Below, one piece after another: positions 11,350-24,254 of a DNA stretch of 64,000 nt. Where the stretch lies: positions 54,498,001 to 54,562,000 of the forward strand of contig OZ038378.1 in the NCBI GenBank assembly GCA_964036045.1. Reading direction: 5' to 3'. This stretch comes from Eutreptiella sp. 'Long Island Sound 2002' (Eukaryota > Protista > Euglenida). The translations under genes were made by a program, and so were the position numbers. How positions within the stretch are numbered: position 1 is the stretch's first letter; each line of letters opens with the position of its first letter. Below the pieces are notes generated by a model. The model ran no database searches, was not told the DNA's origin, and was given only the letters and a program-made list of their open reading frames with translations.

Positions 11350-13202
11350 CTGACACCCCGGTGTGAATCCTGCAGGGGAGGGGGAGAAGGGAGTAAGACC
11401 GTGCCGCTGCAGATGGAGCGCATCAAAAGCAGGACCTCGGCGCCCGCATCGCTCCTTGTACAGCGCTTCTCCGGCCCGCGATGCGAGGAGAAGTCAAGCA
11501 GCAAAGCCTGTTGTGCAGAGATGGGGCAGAAGGATGGGGCCCAATATTGCTGCAGCATGGCGGCCTCCCTGAATCCACTGTTACCCAGGTTGAGCCATGA
11601 TGGCCCGCTTGTCTTAGGACGTCGCCTTACTGCACGTACACGTGGCACATGGGGTCGGCGGCGCCCAAGGCAGGCCTGGCCAGCAGCAGCGGGTGGCATG
11701 GGCAGCCGGGGCCTGACGGACCCATAGGGGCCAGCCAGTCGTCCAGCTGCTCAAACTGCGGCAGACCGACCGCGCCCTGCAGCCCCTCGCCAAAGGCGAA
11801 GTACTGCCCCTAGTGGCCGAGAGCCCTGGGGTTGGGCAGCGGCCCGTCGCCCCGTGGCCGTGAAGCCAGCTCATCCTTGGCCCATTGCAGAGGGTCAACG
11901 ATGAACCGTTCCACGTCCACCCACTTGTGACGCTCGTCGGGGGTGAGGAAGCGGAAGAGAACAAACTGCTTCCCCACCCCCGGCAGCGCGGCGATAACCC
12001 GATGTCTCAGCGTGGAGGCAAAGAGAACCATGTCCCCAGGCTGAAACTCGAAGGTCTCGACCCGCAGAGCGTCATGGTCTCCCAGGTGGCTGCCCAAGTG
12101 CACCTCCAAATGATGCTTGTCCGAGAGGACAAGCATCATTGAGAGATGCCCGGGCAGGTCACCCATGCTAGGGAGCGTACCTGGCAACTGACCAACGTCA
12201 GTATGCCAGGTCTGCTCCCTAGCATCTTCCCCGGCGGCAATTGCCGACCACTGCGTTGGGAAGATACCCCTCATCTCGGGCCACCGAGCACTGCACTGCT
12301 GACTAGCCCGTTGCAAGGGGTCCCTTCCCAACACAGAGATAAGCTTGCCGGGCCGCGTACCCTAGCGCCGTGGCAGTTTGGGATCAGCCAAGCACTCCTC
12401 GCGAGAGTGTGCATTGGACAGCAGATCCCAAATTGCATCCGGCTGGGTACCGCAGGAGTCGACGAGAATGCGGTACCAGTTCTCGCACTCCTTGGCCTCT
12501 ACCGCCCCCCTCAACGCCCAACTCATCCGACTCAAGGTCATAAGCCGGGAGTTCATGTGAGAACACCGGGGCAGCCAAGGAGATATAGGGGGGAGAGGAG
12601 GCGGCACCGCGGAGTAACACGGACTTCTTGGTCCTGTACAGGGCTGGGGTGGTGTAGTCGGGCACCACATGGCATCACTCGGGAATGATGGGACAAGCCG
12701 AAAGGCTTTCCCACCATTCCCCTGATACCACCCCAACCCCGAAAGGCAGGGCCTCAAGGAGTCCCTTCTTGGGTGCAACGTGGCTGACACCAAGATCTGC
12801 AGTCCAACCGTGCTGCAGGTCTTTGGTGTCATGAACCCGTGTCCCGAACTCCTGGGGGGTACCGATCAGCTTTTCTAAGGACTGCTGCAACAAATCTTGG
12901 ACAACAGCCACAGGAAAGCGGAAGCGTACGGCACGAAGAGCTGGATGCACCTGGCGCCACATTTGGTTGCACCGGTGCATCCAGGTCTTTCCAAGAAGGG
13001 TCACATCGGACACGGTGGTGTGGACCACTTATGGGGAACAGGCAGGGAGCTGCTGGGCCCACGGCTTCAAAGGCTCTAGGTCCGTCGAAGGCACCCCCGG
13101 GTACCCTGCCTCTGTGAAAGTGGTAGGTACCCGGGGGCGACTAAGCAAAGACGTGAGAGCTTTTGAAGCCGCTCATTCCAGGATTAGGGCGACATTAGAC
13201 AT
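11350..13202 (-). pseudogene. Element B cargo gene: unknown N-terminal domain, PhyH-like 2OG-Fe(II) dioxygenase, Cys-containing tail
   Basis: ORF 11810..12334 has QTWHTD (HxD) and FQPGDMVLFASTLRH (distal His). Upstream frames align with the A cargo gene (PWAQQL..VVH vs GWAASL..VIH; WWESL..P..HVVPDYTTP.LY vs WWDDL..P..HVPDVTHP.FY). Several stops and frameshifts. Confidence 0.75.
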
Positions 13203-13295
13203 GGTGTGAAAGAGAGGACCTATGGGAGCGGGAAGGAATGGATGGGTAGGCGGATAGGGGGGCGGAGGAGAGGCGGAAAGTTGGGGGGAACCCTC

Positions 13296-13446
13296 TGAGT
13301 GAGCCCCCAAGTAGCTCTCACTGAGCGCTCACTGGGCGCTCACTGAGCCATTTGGCGCGCTCAGTGAGCGCTCAGTGAGCGGTCAGTGAGCCGGCTCAGT
13401 GACGGCTCAGTGACGGCTCACTCAGGCGCTCAATCAACTGAGCCGT
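13296..13446. repeat. Element B array B4
   Basis: Near mirror image of B1, upstream of the cargo gene. Confidence 0.9.
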
Positions 13447-13636
13447 CACCAAAAAAAGTACCCCCCCCCCTGGACCTTGACCAAGTGAGTATCTAAAACT
13501 TCCAAAAACATTGAATGCACATTACCTAGCATGCAAAAAGCACAACAAACAAGCACAAAGACATCGCAATGCACAACTGAGCCCCAAATGAGCCCCAACT
13601 TCACATTTCCACTTAACCACCAGTGAGCCGCAGGCA

Positions 13637-15100
13637 CATTGTTGGTCCCCGGAAAGCAGCATCACGGGGGATGAGAAGGTTGTTGTCATATGCGGGTCTT
13701 GCTACGGACCGGTTACCGCCTTTGGCGCAACAGGCCCATGCTAGGACAAAGACTGTTTGGAGATCAATGGAACGGAAGCAGGAGGTGGTGGTGTATGACA
13801 ACTGGTATCGAAAAGGGTACTACAGTGATCCTATTCACCGTGATTGCTATTTGAATGTCACTGCCATGTCAGCACTCCATACCACTGAGGTTGCCATGTA
13901 CCTAGTATTCCACACACTTGATGATTTTCTCCAACGCATCGCGGAGGTAGCATAGGTAATAGCATCCACTTATCGGGAGGTCCCACGAGCAATGGAACCT
14001 TTGAGGCGAGATACACCGGAGGCATAATACATACACCCCACATTAGCCCCCCCCCCCCCCCCCGAGATGTGCACTAGGACAACATTCGTTTACTGGAGCG
14101 GTACCCGCTTACACTGGTTGATTTGGTGTAGAGCACATATGAGGACGTGTGTCACATCATGGAACAGCGCCTGGCCATGCAAGTTCACACCCACCACGAA
14201 ATGCCCGTCCTGTTGGATGAAAATATAGTTTACACATTCGCCAGCGCCTGTACTCTCGGACATACAACCCATTCAAGTTAGCCGAGCACTGTACAACCGA
14301 ACCAATGCTGTACGGTTGTTGGGACCCGTGTAAGAAGGTGTGGACGATGATGCACCGCACAAATTCTTTGCCATACTGGGGTACCTTGGACAACAAATTC
14401 GGAAAGTCGATGAGGAGACCATGTTGCACCCAAGCGTACTACACATTGGGGAGCAATTTTGTGCCCTAGTGCTAAAAAAACACCAAATGTTGTGCACCGT
14501 ATTGCACACAAGGAGGCATCAATTATGGCTTTCCCGGAGGTAGCCCGCAAAGTACCCCTAGCCCGGTTGACTAGATTGAAGGACCTTCTGAACTTCTACA
14601 TTCCGGCTGCGTTCCTCCTGGGTAACCAAGTCCGTAACGGCAACTGGGGCGGTTGCCCCGCTGGTACCGGCCGTATAGCACGTCAAGTTTTGGAGTTGAG
14701 CTTGGTATTGATTGTGGCATTGACCATGGCCACCGATTGCAACGTGCCCAACCTATGAACACTGTGTGTTGCCTCTGAATGTTGGCTACCCTTGAATGAG
14801 GGCATCCCGGGTTGTTCTTACTCCGAGGAGGTACTCGAGGCAATGTTGAGTTGTCTTGGATCCAGGCGCCGGGCATACCCACAGATCAAGACCTTGCACC
14901 ACACCTTGCACCTAATCTTGAGCATGAGACCACCAAAGTGGGGAGGGAGGAAGACACTAGGGCAGATTCGCAGTGGGTTGGTCGCAATTGTGTCCGCATG
15001 CTTGCGTAGATTCTTGTTGGCAGTGACGTCAAACCGCATGGTGCATGTCGAGTGGAATAGTGGAAAGAATGCCGCGTTCAACCCCGTTGCGGAGGACATA
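13637..15100 (+). pseudogene. 3' part of a decayed DUF6589/Academ-like DDE transposase
   Basis: Fragments in order: VVVYDNWY (candidate first D), PVLLDENI (second D), YGCW.P.KKVW (CxxH-like region), LKDLLNFYIP..LL...VRNGNW, and EEVLEAMLS. Many stops and frameshifts; the family call is by motif recall only. Confidence 0.45.
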
Positions 15101-18100
15101 AAATTTCCAACGCGGGGACCGGATAATGGTGCAGAGGCTCTGCACCACAAAATCGTCACTAGATCCTTGTCTACACTGACGCGCGGTGCGCGCTGCCCCA
15201 AGTACAATGCCTTGCAAATATTGAGGACCATTCAACCGGGGCGGGACCGCCGTGAGCATACTGGCAGAGATGCACGGGCTCCGTGTTTTCCGGATGCAGC
15301 GATTCCGGTGGAGGACGATGATGATGAGGCATTGGTTGTATTCGTGGTCTCGGAGTCCTGTTCCCACCGTTCTGTGGAACACTTGATGGTGGATGTGGAC
15401 CCTCACGATAATGGACCGGCACCTGTTGTGGTACTTCAAGGAATGGGTGTTTGAGGTTGGGAGTGTTGGTGACAATGCCTCGGAGTGTTGATCTCCCACC
15501 AACACCATCATCTTACATTGAAGATAAGTGTCTCGAACCAAAGACGCCACTACAATTGGGTACTACAAAACTGGTTTCCGCGGCACCCTAGTTCCAAGTG
15601 CCACAACATGGGTGTGTTCAAAGGGTGACGATGGCATGCGCGCATACGTGCAGTACTAGGACAACAGGCCACCCCCCTCCCGCCCCGGCAAGATTGCGCT
15701 TTTGCTGAACATGGAAACCTCTCTGTGTGGCACAGTATTGAATGTTAGTTCACCATCAAATTACCAACCGGAGCTTGTGTGTCTGGAACCAAGCATGATC
15801 TCTTGGTACCCTGGTTATAGCACCGTCATTGGACAAGAGTGTCTGGAACGAAGCATGCATTGCTTTCGCACCCATTTGGAATCCAAAACACCAGCTGTGT
15901 CCACAACCACTTAACCTGGAGTTTTTGCACCCTGTGATTTCCATTATTGTGCTTTGCGTGCCTGGAAAGAGACGGACGTCCAAGACTCCTGCACAAGAGG
16001 GAGATAATCCGTCGACAGCATGGATGGTGGAATATTTAACCCTAAACAAGTGTGCTGGCAACAATTTGTGATGATTGGCGATGGAGAATGGTGTGTAGCA
16101 GTTAGGAACTCAAATGTGCGATGCACTAATGAGGCTCTAAAACACTGCTAATGCTACCGAACCTAAAAGAACCACCTACAACGGGAAGTACCATTGGATA
16201 TGCCAAAAATTAGTACAAACGCATCGGTAAAAGGGAAATACGAAGAACACAATATTTACGACCTAGTGGTTTTGTGATTTGTGATTTTGCGCCGAGGTTC
16301 CTTCCGGGTGTCCGACACTGTGGCAGGGGCCAGTCAGCCAAGCCGGACTTGTGCATTGATCTTGCCTCCAAGTTCAGTGCTATCTACGAGGACCATCCAA
16401 GCACAAGCGGAAACACAATGATCCAGCAAAGGGCAAGGATGGATACCTTAAAACTGGAGACTGTACTGACGACCAAGAGTTACTCCTACAACTATGGGGG
16501 CACCTATGGGAACACGGCCAAATCCGCCTGCTAGATGACGACGAAGTAAAGGACAAAATGGGTGGACTACGCCGCAATCGACCAAGAGCAGCAAAAATGA
16601 GAAATATTGTTTGGCGCGATGGGGTGGGACGAAATTGGATATTGTCTGGGTAGCACATCAACGGAATTTGTCGCCGAATCGCAAAAGAGTACAGCAATTA
16701 CGATTTTGAGCAACCATCCCGGGCATTGCCCTTCCTATCCCAGGTCGTACCCACAGACGTCACTCTACACGTACTAGAATCTGTTGTTGGCATGTGTCAA
16801 GTATTTATGCAATGGCGATGCCCGTTCATGCGTCCAATGATACAATGCTCAAACAGTGTTCATTATCGGGTGCCACCTCATCACTCGTCAATGTTCCTGT
16901 AGACCTGGTCGTGGTGGGTGGGTGTGTGTGTAGGAGAAATTCTATACTGGCAGGGCTCACAATCCAAATATTGACCGGTTCCAAACAAAAACAACAAGTA
17001 TTGTGATCCAATGACCTTCAAAATTCGCTTTTTGTCTCGTTCGAGCCACTTTTATCATGTTATATGACAAACAACGTGTTGGAGCATCATGTATGTCCCG
17101 TTGTACAGCACCAACCATACCAAGGTTCCTGCTTTGGTTGTATACCCGCCCTTCATATACAACACCCCACAATGCTCTCTCAACACCTTTTCCTCCAGCT
17201 CAGCTACATCCGGTCCGACAGGCAAGAGTTGCATTCGGGTACCGAGCTTCGGTAGCGTCGTTGCCGACCGCACAACCTGTGAGCCAACAGGCAGGCACAG
17301 CTGCTGCACCCCCCCCCCCCCCATTGGACGTCATTTCTTGCTCTTTGTGTCTAGAACAAGACAGTGTTTGACTTGAGACCCTTGGCAGATCGGATTTCCT
17401 CACTTTGTTTCTGGAACCAAGCTCAACATGAGATTTGACATAGTTCAGTGCTGGACCGCGCCTATTGTGTCTCGAACCAGACAAAATTTCCGATGACACC
17501 CTTGTAGCGCTCCCATGATAGCCAGTCGCGTTTCCAACCAGACAGGTGTCCTCCACTTAACCCATGGATTTGGTTGTCATGTGGTTTGACCTCGAAGTTG
17601 GTGTGTGCCCACTGTATTATTTGCAAGAAATTGTCAGATTTGGCTGGTTTTCAATTGCCGTATGGTTTTAAGCAATGGGCGGGAGGGCTGTATGAGCTGT
17701 TGACGGCTTGGAGAAGCGTGCATTGCCGTTGAAGCTGTATTTTTGGAAATGCCTAAAGGGACTCATTGCCCGGCACCTTGAGGAATTAACGAAGTACATG
17801 AGCTCCACCGCCGTGACCAAGCAGATGACTTCCGAGACGGCAAAATATCTCAAGACCCAACGTTTTTGGGAGTGGCATCTGTGCCATCCGGATAATGACA
17901 TGGTCCACCCCTGTCGGAAAACACTTGTGGAACGGGCAAGATGTGAACAGTGTGTGCTTTCCAAAACGCACATCACTGTTAAGGTGTACAACTGGAATTT
18001 GTGTCTGCAGAATTAGCCCCCCCCCACCGGAAATATGTAGTAATAGCCGCCATGTGGAGTGATCCCACGTAAAGTGCCCTCAGCGAAACATTGAAGCGCC

Positions 18101-19740
18101 CCATTGTCAATCCTAAACTCAAGATTGCGCCTGTCGTGAGCTGCCTGACTATGAACGTCGGTTCGGATGCCCCCCAGAGGGGGTGGCTGATAGTGAGAAG
18201 CTCGAGGGGGTCATGCATGTAACAGGGATGGTGCATGGTACCCTCTTGCACTCCACTGTTACCAACATGCCATACTCCTGCATCATTGTCGAGCTGCCAA
18301 GGGGAGTTATGGAAGGCAGTGATGTTATGCAGAGCCGAAATTTCGTGTCTGAAACGCTTGTTCCTCTCCTTGGTGATGCCAGCGATGTCACGGGTGTGTT
18401 GGATGTTCTCGGAAGACTGCATGACAACGAGCATTTGACTACAACCCGTATTGGCTGCTTCATTTAGGGGTCGTTGACGCAACAGCGCTCAATGGGTTTC
18501 AGCGAGCTGTGGGTGATGTCAAAAATCCGTTGCCTAAGAAGGCATTCCTGCCAGTCGATGCCATTTGCTGCCAAAGTTTCCATCGGTGCATTCTAAAGTC
18601 AAATTGTTTACCTGGCTCTAGACACCCGAGACCAAAAACCCATTGGTGTGCCCATTATATCTACAGAGTTGTTTGGAACCAGACTGCAAGTGCCTAGAAA
18701 TAGATACCTCGGTTGCTGTTGAGCTGTGACTAGTGGTCGAAAACTCAATATTCCCTTGTGCAGGTGCCCCGATACTTTACTTTCTTTCGTGGCCCAATGG
18801 TTCAACAGATATGTACGGAGGTTGCGGATTCCATGATGCACCACTTGGCAGATGAAGTACCCATGGAAGCAAGCACCTTGTGCTTATTGGTTATTGATAG
18901 TTCTGTGAACGTGGCTCGCAGTCTGGCAATGCGAAGGCCTATGGCTATCAGTGTCGTCCTAGGTTTGCCAACTATGCAAGAGCCAGTGGCAAGCGTTGGG
19001 GGTCAAGTGTGTAGCAGTTTGCGGATCGCTGAAGGAGTGAACCCCATTTCGTGGTCTGGATTCTTGGAGAATTTTGGGAATGGATATCTTGTGGAACGTA
19101 GCCGTGTGCCTGAGAAGGCAGACGCGCAGCACGAGTCCGATGAGGAGCTGGAAACGGTGGGGTCCGTTTCCAAGGACACTATGGCAGGTGGCCACTGTAA
19201 TTTTGTGGCACCTTTGTTGTCCTTTTTGCTTCAATCAGGGCATGACTTTGGCAATGGTGCACATCATAGTCACAAATTTGGAACAACAGCTGGGACGCGT
19301 GCAGGTTCATAATGTCAGGGCCCTACTTGGTGCTGCTCTGTTGCACCTTGGGGTCAACGAGGGTGATGTACTTAGACGGAGCAAGCTTCCCCCCCCCAAA
19401 AAACAAATTGTACCCCCGTAAAAAATGCCACCAAGAAGTGGTCCTGAAAACATTGTGTGAAAGTAGTGGAATTGTAATGTCGTCAAGCGCGCGGACATTT
19501 CGGGTAATTGCTGTCATACGTGAAATATGTTGGCTCCTTGGAGGCAATACAACTTTGATGTTCACCGCTATAGAACATGACAAAAATAGTCTAATTTTGA
19601 GGCGCCACCCCCCAAAACAAATGCATGCGTGTTACCCTTGGCATAGCAAACGACGAACATTGTCATTGCACGTCCATTTGCAACTTGTGTTTTGAAATTG
19701 GTTCAGAGGACAGAGAATTATGGAGATTTGTTTGGAAACG

Positions 19741-19743
19741 CAT

Positions 19744-19774
<31 letters not shown>

Positions 19775-19780
19775 TATATA
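19741..19780. repeat. (CA)n/(TA)n microsatellite at the 5' junction of the LHC retrocopy
   Basis: Seen directly in the sequence. Confidence 0.9.
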
Positions 19781-19794
19781 AAGTAATGAGTTGG

Positions 19795-21975
19795 CCTGAT
19801 GTGCTGAATGGCCGCTGGGCTATGTTGGGTACACTCTGGTGCCTATTCCGAGAGGTGCTGCAAAAGTACACTGCTATCGACAATGGTGCCAGCAAAGGTG
19901 TGTGGTTTAGGGCTGGTGCCATGATCTTTGGGTCTGATGGCTTGAACTACACGGGTACCCCCGTGTTGGTGCGCGCCCAATCCATCCTTGCCGTGTTGGC
20001 CTGCCAAGTTGTCCAGATGGGTGCCATCGAGGCATACCGTGTGAACGGTGGTCCATTCGGTGGACGTGACCTTGATCTGGTGTACCCTAGTGGCAAGCGA
20101 TTTGACCCTTTGGGTTTGGCCGGCGACCCTGATGTGGCTGCCGAGTTGAAGGTGAAGAAGATCAGGAGCGGCCGTTTGGAGATGCTCTCCACGTTCGGCT
20201 ACTTCGTGCAGGCTGCTGTCTCCGGCCAGGGCCCTGTTGGGAAATGGGCCTCCCACATTGCTGATCCGTTTGCGGTGAACAGGGTGACCCTTGAGATTGC
20301 CGCCGCGTACGTGCCATCTGTTGCCATGTTGGCAGCTGCTAGGAAGAAGAAGGCCGCCGCCCCTAAGGTGGACTTGTCTAGCTGGTATGGCCCTGACTGC
20401 AAGCGGTGGTTGGGCCTTAACACTGCGGGCAGCTGCGTCACTTACTATTTGACCGGTGAGTACCTTGGTGTCTACGGTTGGAACAGCGCTGGGCTTGTAG
20501 CAGACCCCAAGACCGTCGAGTGCCTCCGCGAGGCTGAGGTGGTGCACGATCGCTGGCCTATGTTGGGTACTCTCTGGAGCCTGGCCCCCGAGCTGCTGCA
20601 GAAGTACACTGCCATCGACAATGGTGCCAGCAAAGTTGTGTGGTTCGAGGCTGATGCGATGATCTTCGAGTCTTATGGCTTGAACTACATGGGTGCCCCC
20701 GTGTTGGTGCGCGTGCATTCCATCCTTGCGGTGCTGGCCTGCCAAGTTGTGCTGATGGGTGCCATGGAGGCTTATCGTGTGAATGGTGGTCCATTCGGTG
20801 AACGTGACCTTGATCTTGTGTGCCCTGGTGGCAAGGGATTTGACGCTCCGGGTTTGGTCGGCGACCTTGATATGGCTGCCGAGCTGAAGGGGAAGGAGAT
20901 CAGGAGCAGCCGTTTGGTGATGCTCCCCATGTTCGGCTGCTACGTGCAAGGTGCCGACACCAGCCAGGGCCCTAGTGAGAACTGGGCGTCCCACATTGCA
21001 GATCCTTTTGCGGTGAACGGGATGACTCTTGAGATTGCCACCCAGTACACGCCATCCGTTGCCATATTCGCAGCTGCTGGGAAGAACAAGGCTGCCGCCC
21101 CCAAGGTGGATCTGTTTGGCTGGTATGGCCCTGATTGCAAGAAGTGGTGGGGTCCTGACCTTGCAAGCAGCTACGCCCCTTACTACTTGACCGGTGAGTA
21201 CCCTGATGACTACGGGTGGGACAACGCTGGGCTTGCAGCACACCCCAAAACCTTCAAGCGCCTCAGCGTGGCTGAGGTGCTGCACGATCGCTAGGCTATG
21301 TTGGGTACTCTCTAGTGCCTCAATGGTGCCAGCAAAGGTGTGTGGTTCAAGGCCGGTGCCATGATCTTCGGGTCTGGTGTCTTGAACTACACGGGTGCCC
21401 CCGTGTTGGTGCGCGCCCAGTCCATCCTTGCCGTGTTGGCCTGCCAAGTTGTGCAGATGGGTGCCATCGAGGCTTACTGTGTAAACAGTGGTCCATTCGG
21501 TGGACGTGTCCTTGATCTGGTGCACCCTGGTGGCAAGTGTTTTGACTCTTTGGGTTTGGCCGGCGACCTTGATGTGGCTGCCGAGTTGAAGGTGAAGGAG
21601 ATGGGGAACGGCCATTTGGCGATGCTCTCCATGTTCGGCTACTTCGTGTAGGCTGTTGTCACCGGCCAGGGCCCTGTTGGGAACGCGGCCTCCCACATTG
21701 TTGATCCATTTGGGATGAACAGGTTGACCCTTGAGATTGCCGCCCAGTACACGCCGTCTGTTGCCATGATCGCAGCCGCTGGGAAGAAGAAGGAGGCCGC
21801 CCCCAAAGTGGGTTTGTCTGGCTGGTATGGCCCTGACCGCAAGAAGCGGTTGGGCCCCAACACAGCGGACAACTACGTCCTTGACTACTTGAACGCTGAA
21901 TACCCTGGTGACTACGGGTGGGACAACGCTGGGCCTGCGGCAGGCCCCAAGGCCTTCGAGCCAGCACGTGGGTAG
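19795..21975 (+). pseudogene. Lhcb: Intronless, truncated LHCII (chlorophyll a/b-binding) polyprotein pseudogene, about three units plus part of a fourth
   Basis: Repeated WYGPD.K.WLGP, YLTGEYP.DYGW, EV.H.RW.MLG, FDPLGL and ELKVKE...RL.M motifs. Units start at about 20347, 21085 and 21787 (738-bp period; unit 3 has a 36-bp deletion) and are joined by PSVAM(L/I)AAA(G) linkers. TAG stops at 21292, 21313 and 21649. Confidence 0.92.
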
Positions 21976-21987
21976 CATCACCATCTT

Positions 21988-24123
<2,136 letters not shown>

Positions 24124-24254
24124 GCAGGGGGCAGGCAATTTCGTTCAAATTTGAATGTTCCTAATTCAAAAATAGGGCGAAAAAAGTGCACTGACGTGAG
24201 AACTATTTGAATTTGCATGTTTCTTTTTTGAATTTTCAATTTTGAATGTCTCTT

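Larger units (their letters stand above)
6135..13634 (-). mobile_element. Element B: 7.5-kb TIR DNA transposon with three genes (dioxygenase-domain gene, coiled-coil gene, RAG1/Transib-like transposase)
   Basis: The left end CCTGCGGCTCACT..GGAAATGTGAAGTTGGGGCTCA is the inverse of 13580-13634. Flanks are TA (6133-6134) and CA (13635-13636). Four GCTCASTGAGC arrays delimit three minus-strand genes. Confidence 0.85.

Noticed and set aside
11810-12334. Calling the dioxygenase TET or JBP
   Set aside because: The visible motifs (GY-x-VLRG start, WHTD, GDMVLF...H) fit the PhyH-like pattern better. Nothing in the sequence shows the substrate.
408-13446. Palindromic arrays as CRISPR repeats
   Set aside because: The units are contiguous with no 25-45-bp unique spacers, there are no cas-like ORFs, and the context is eukaryotic.
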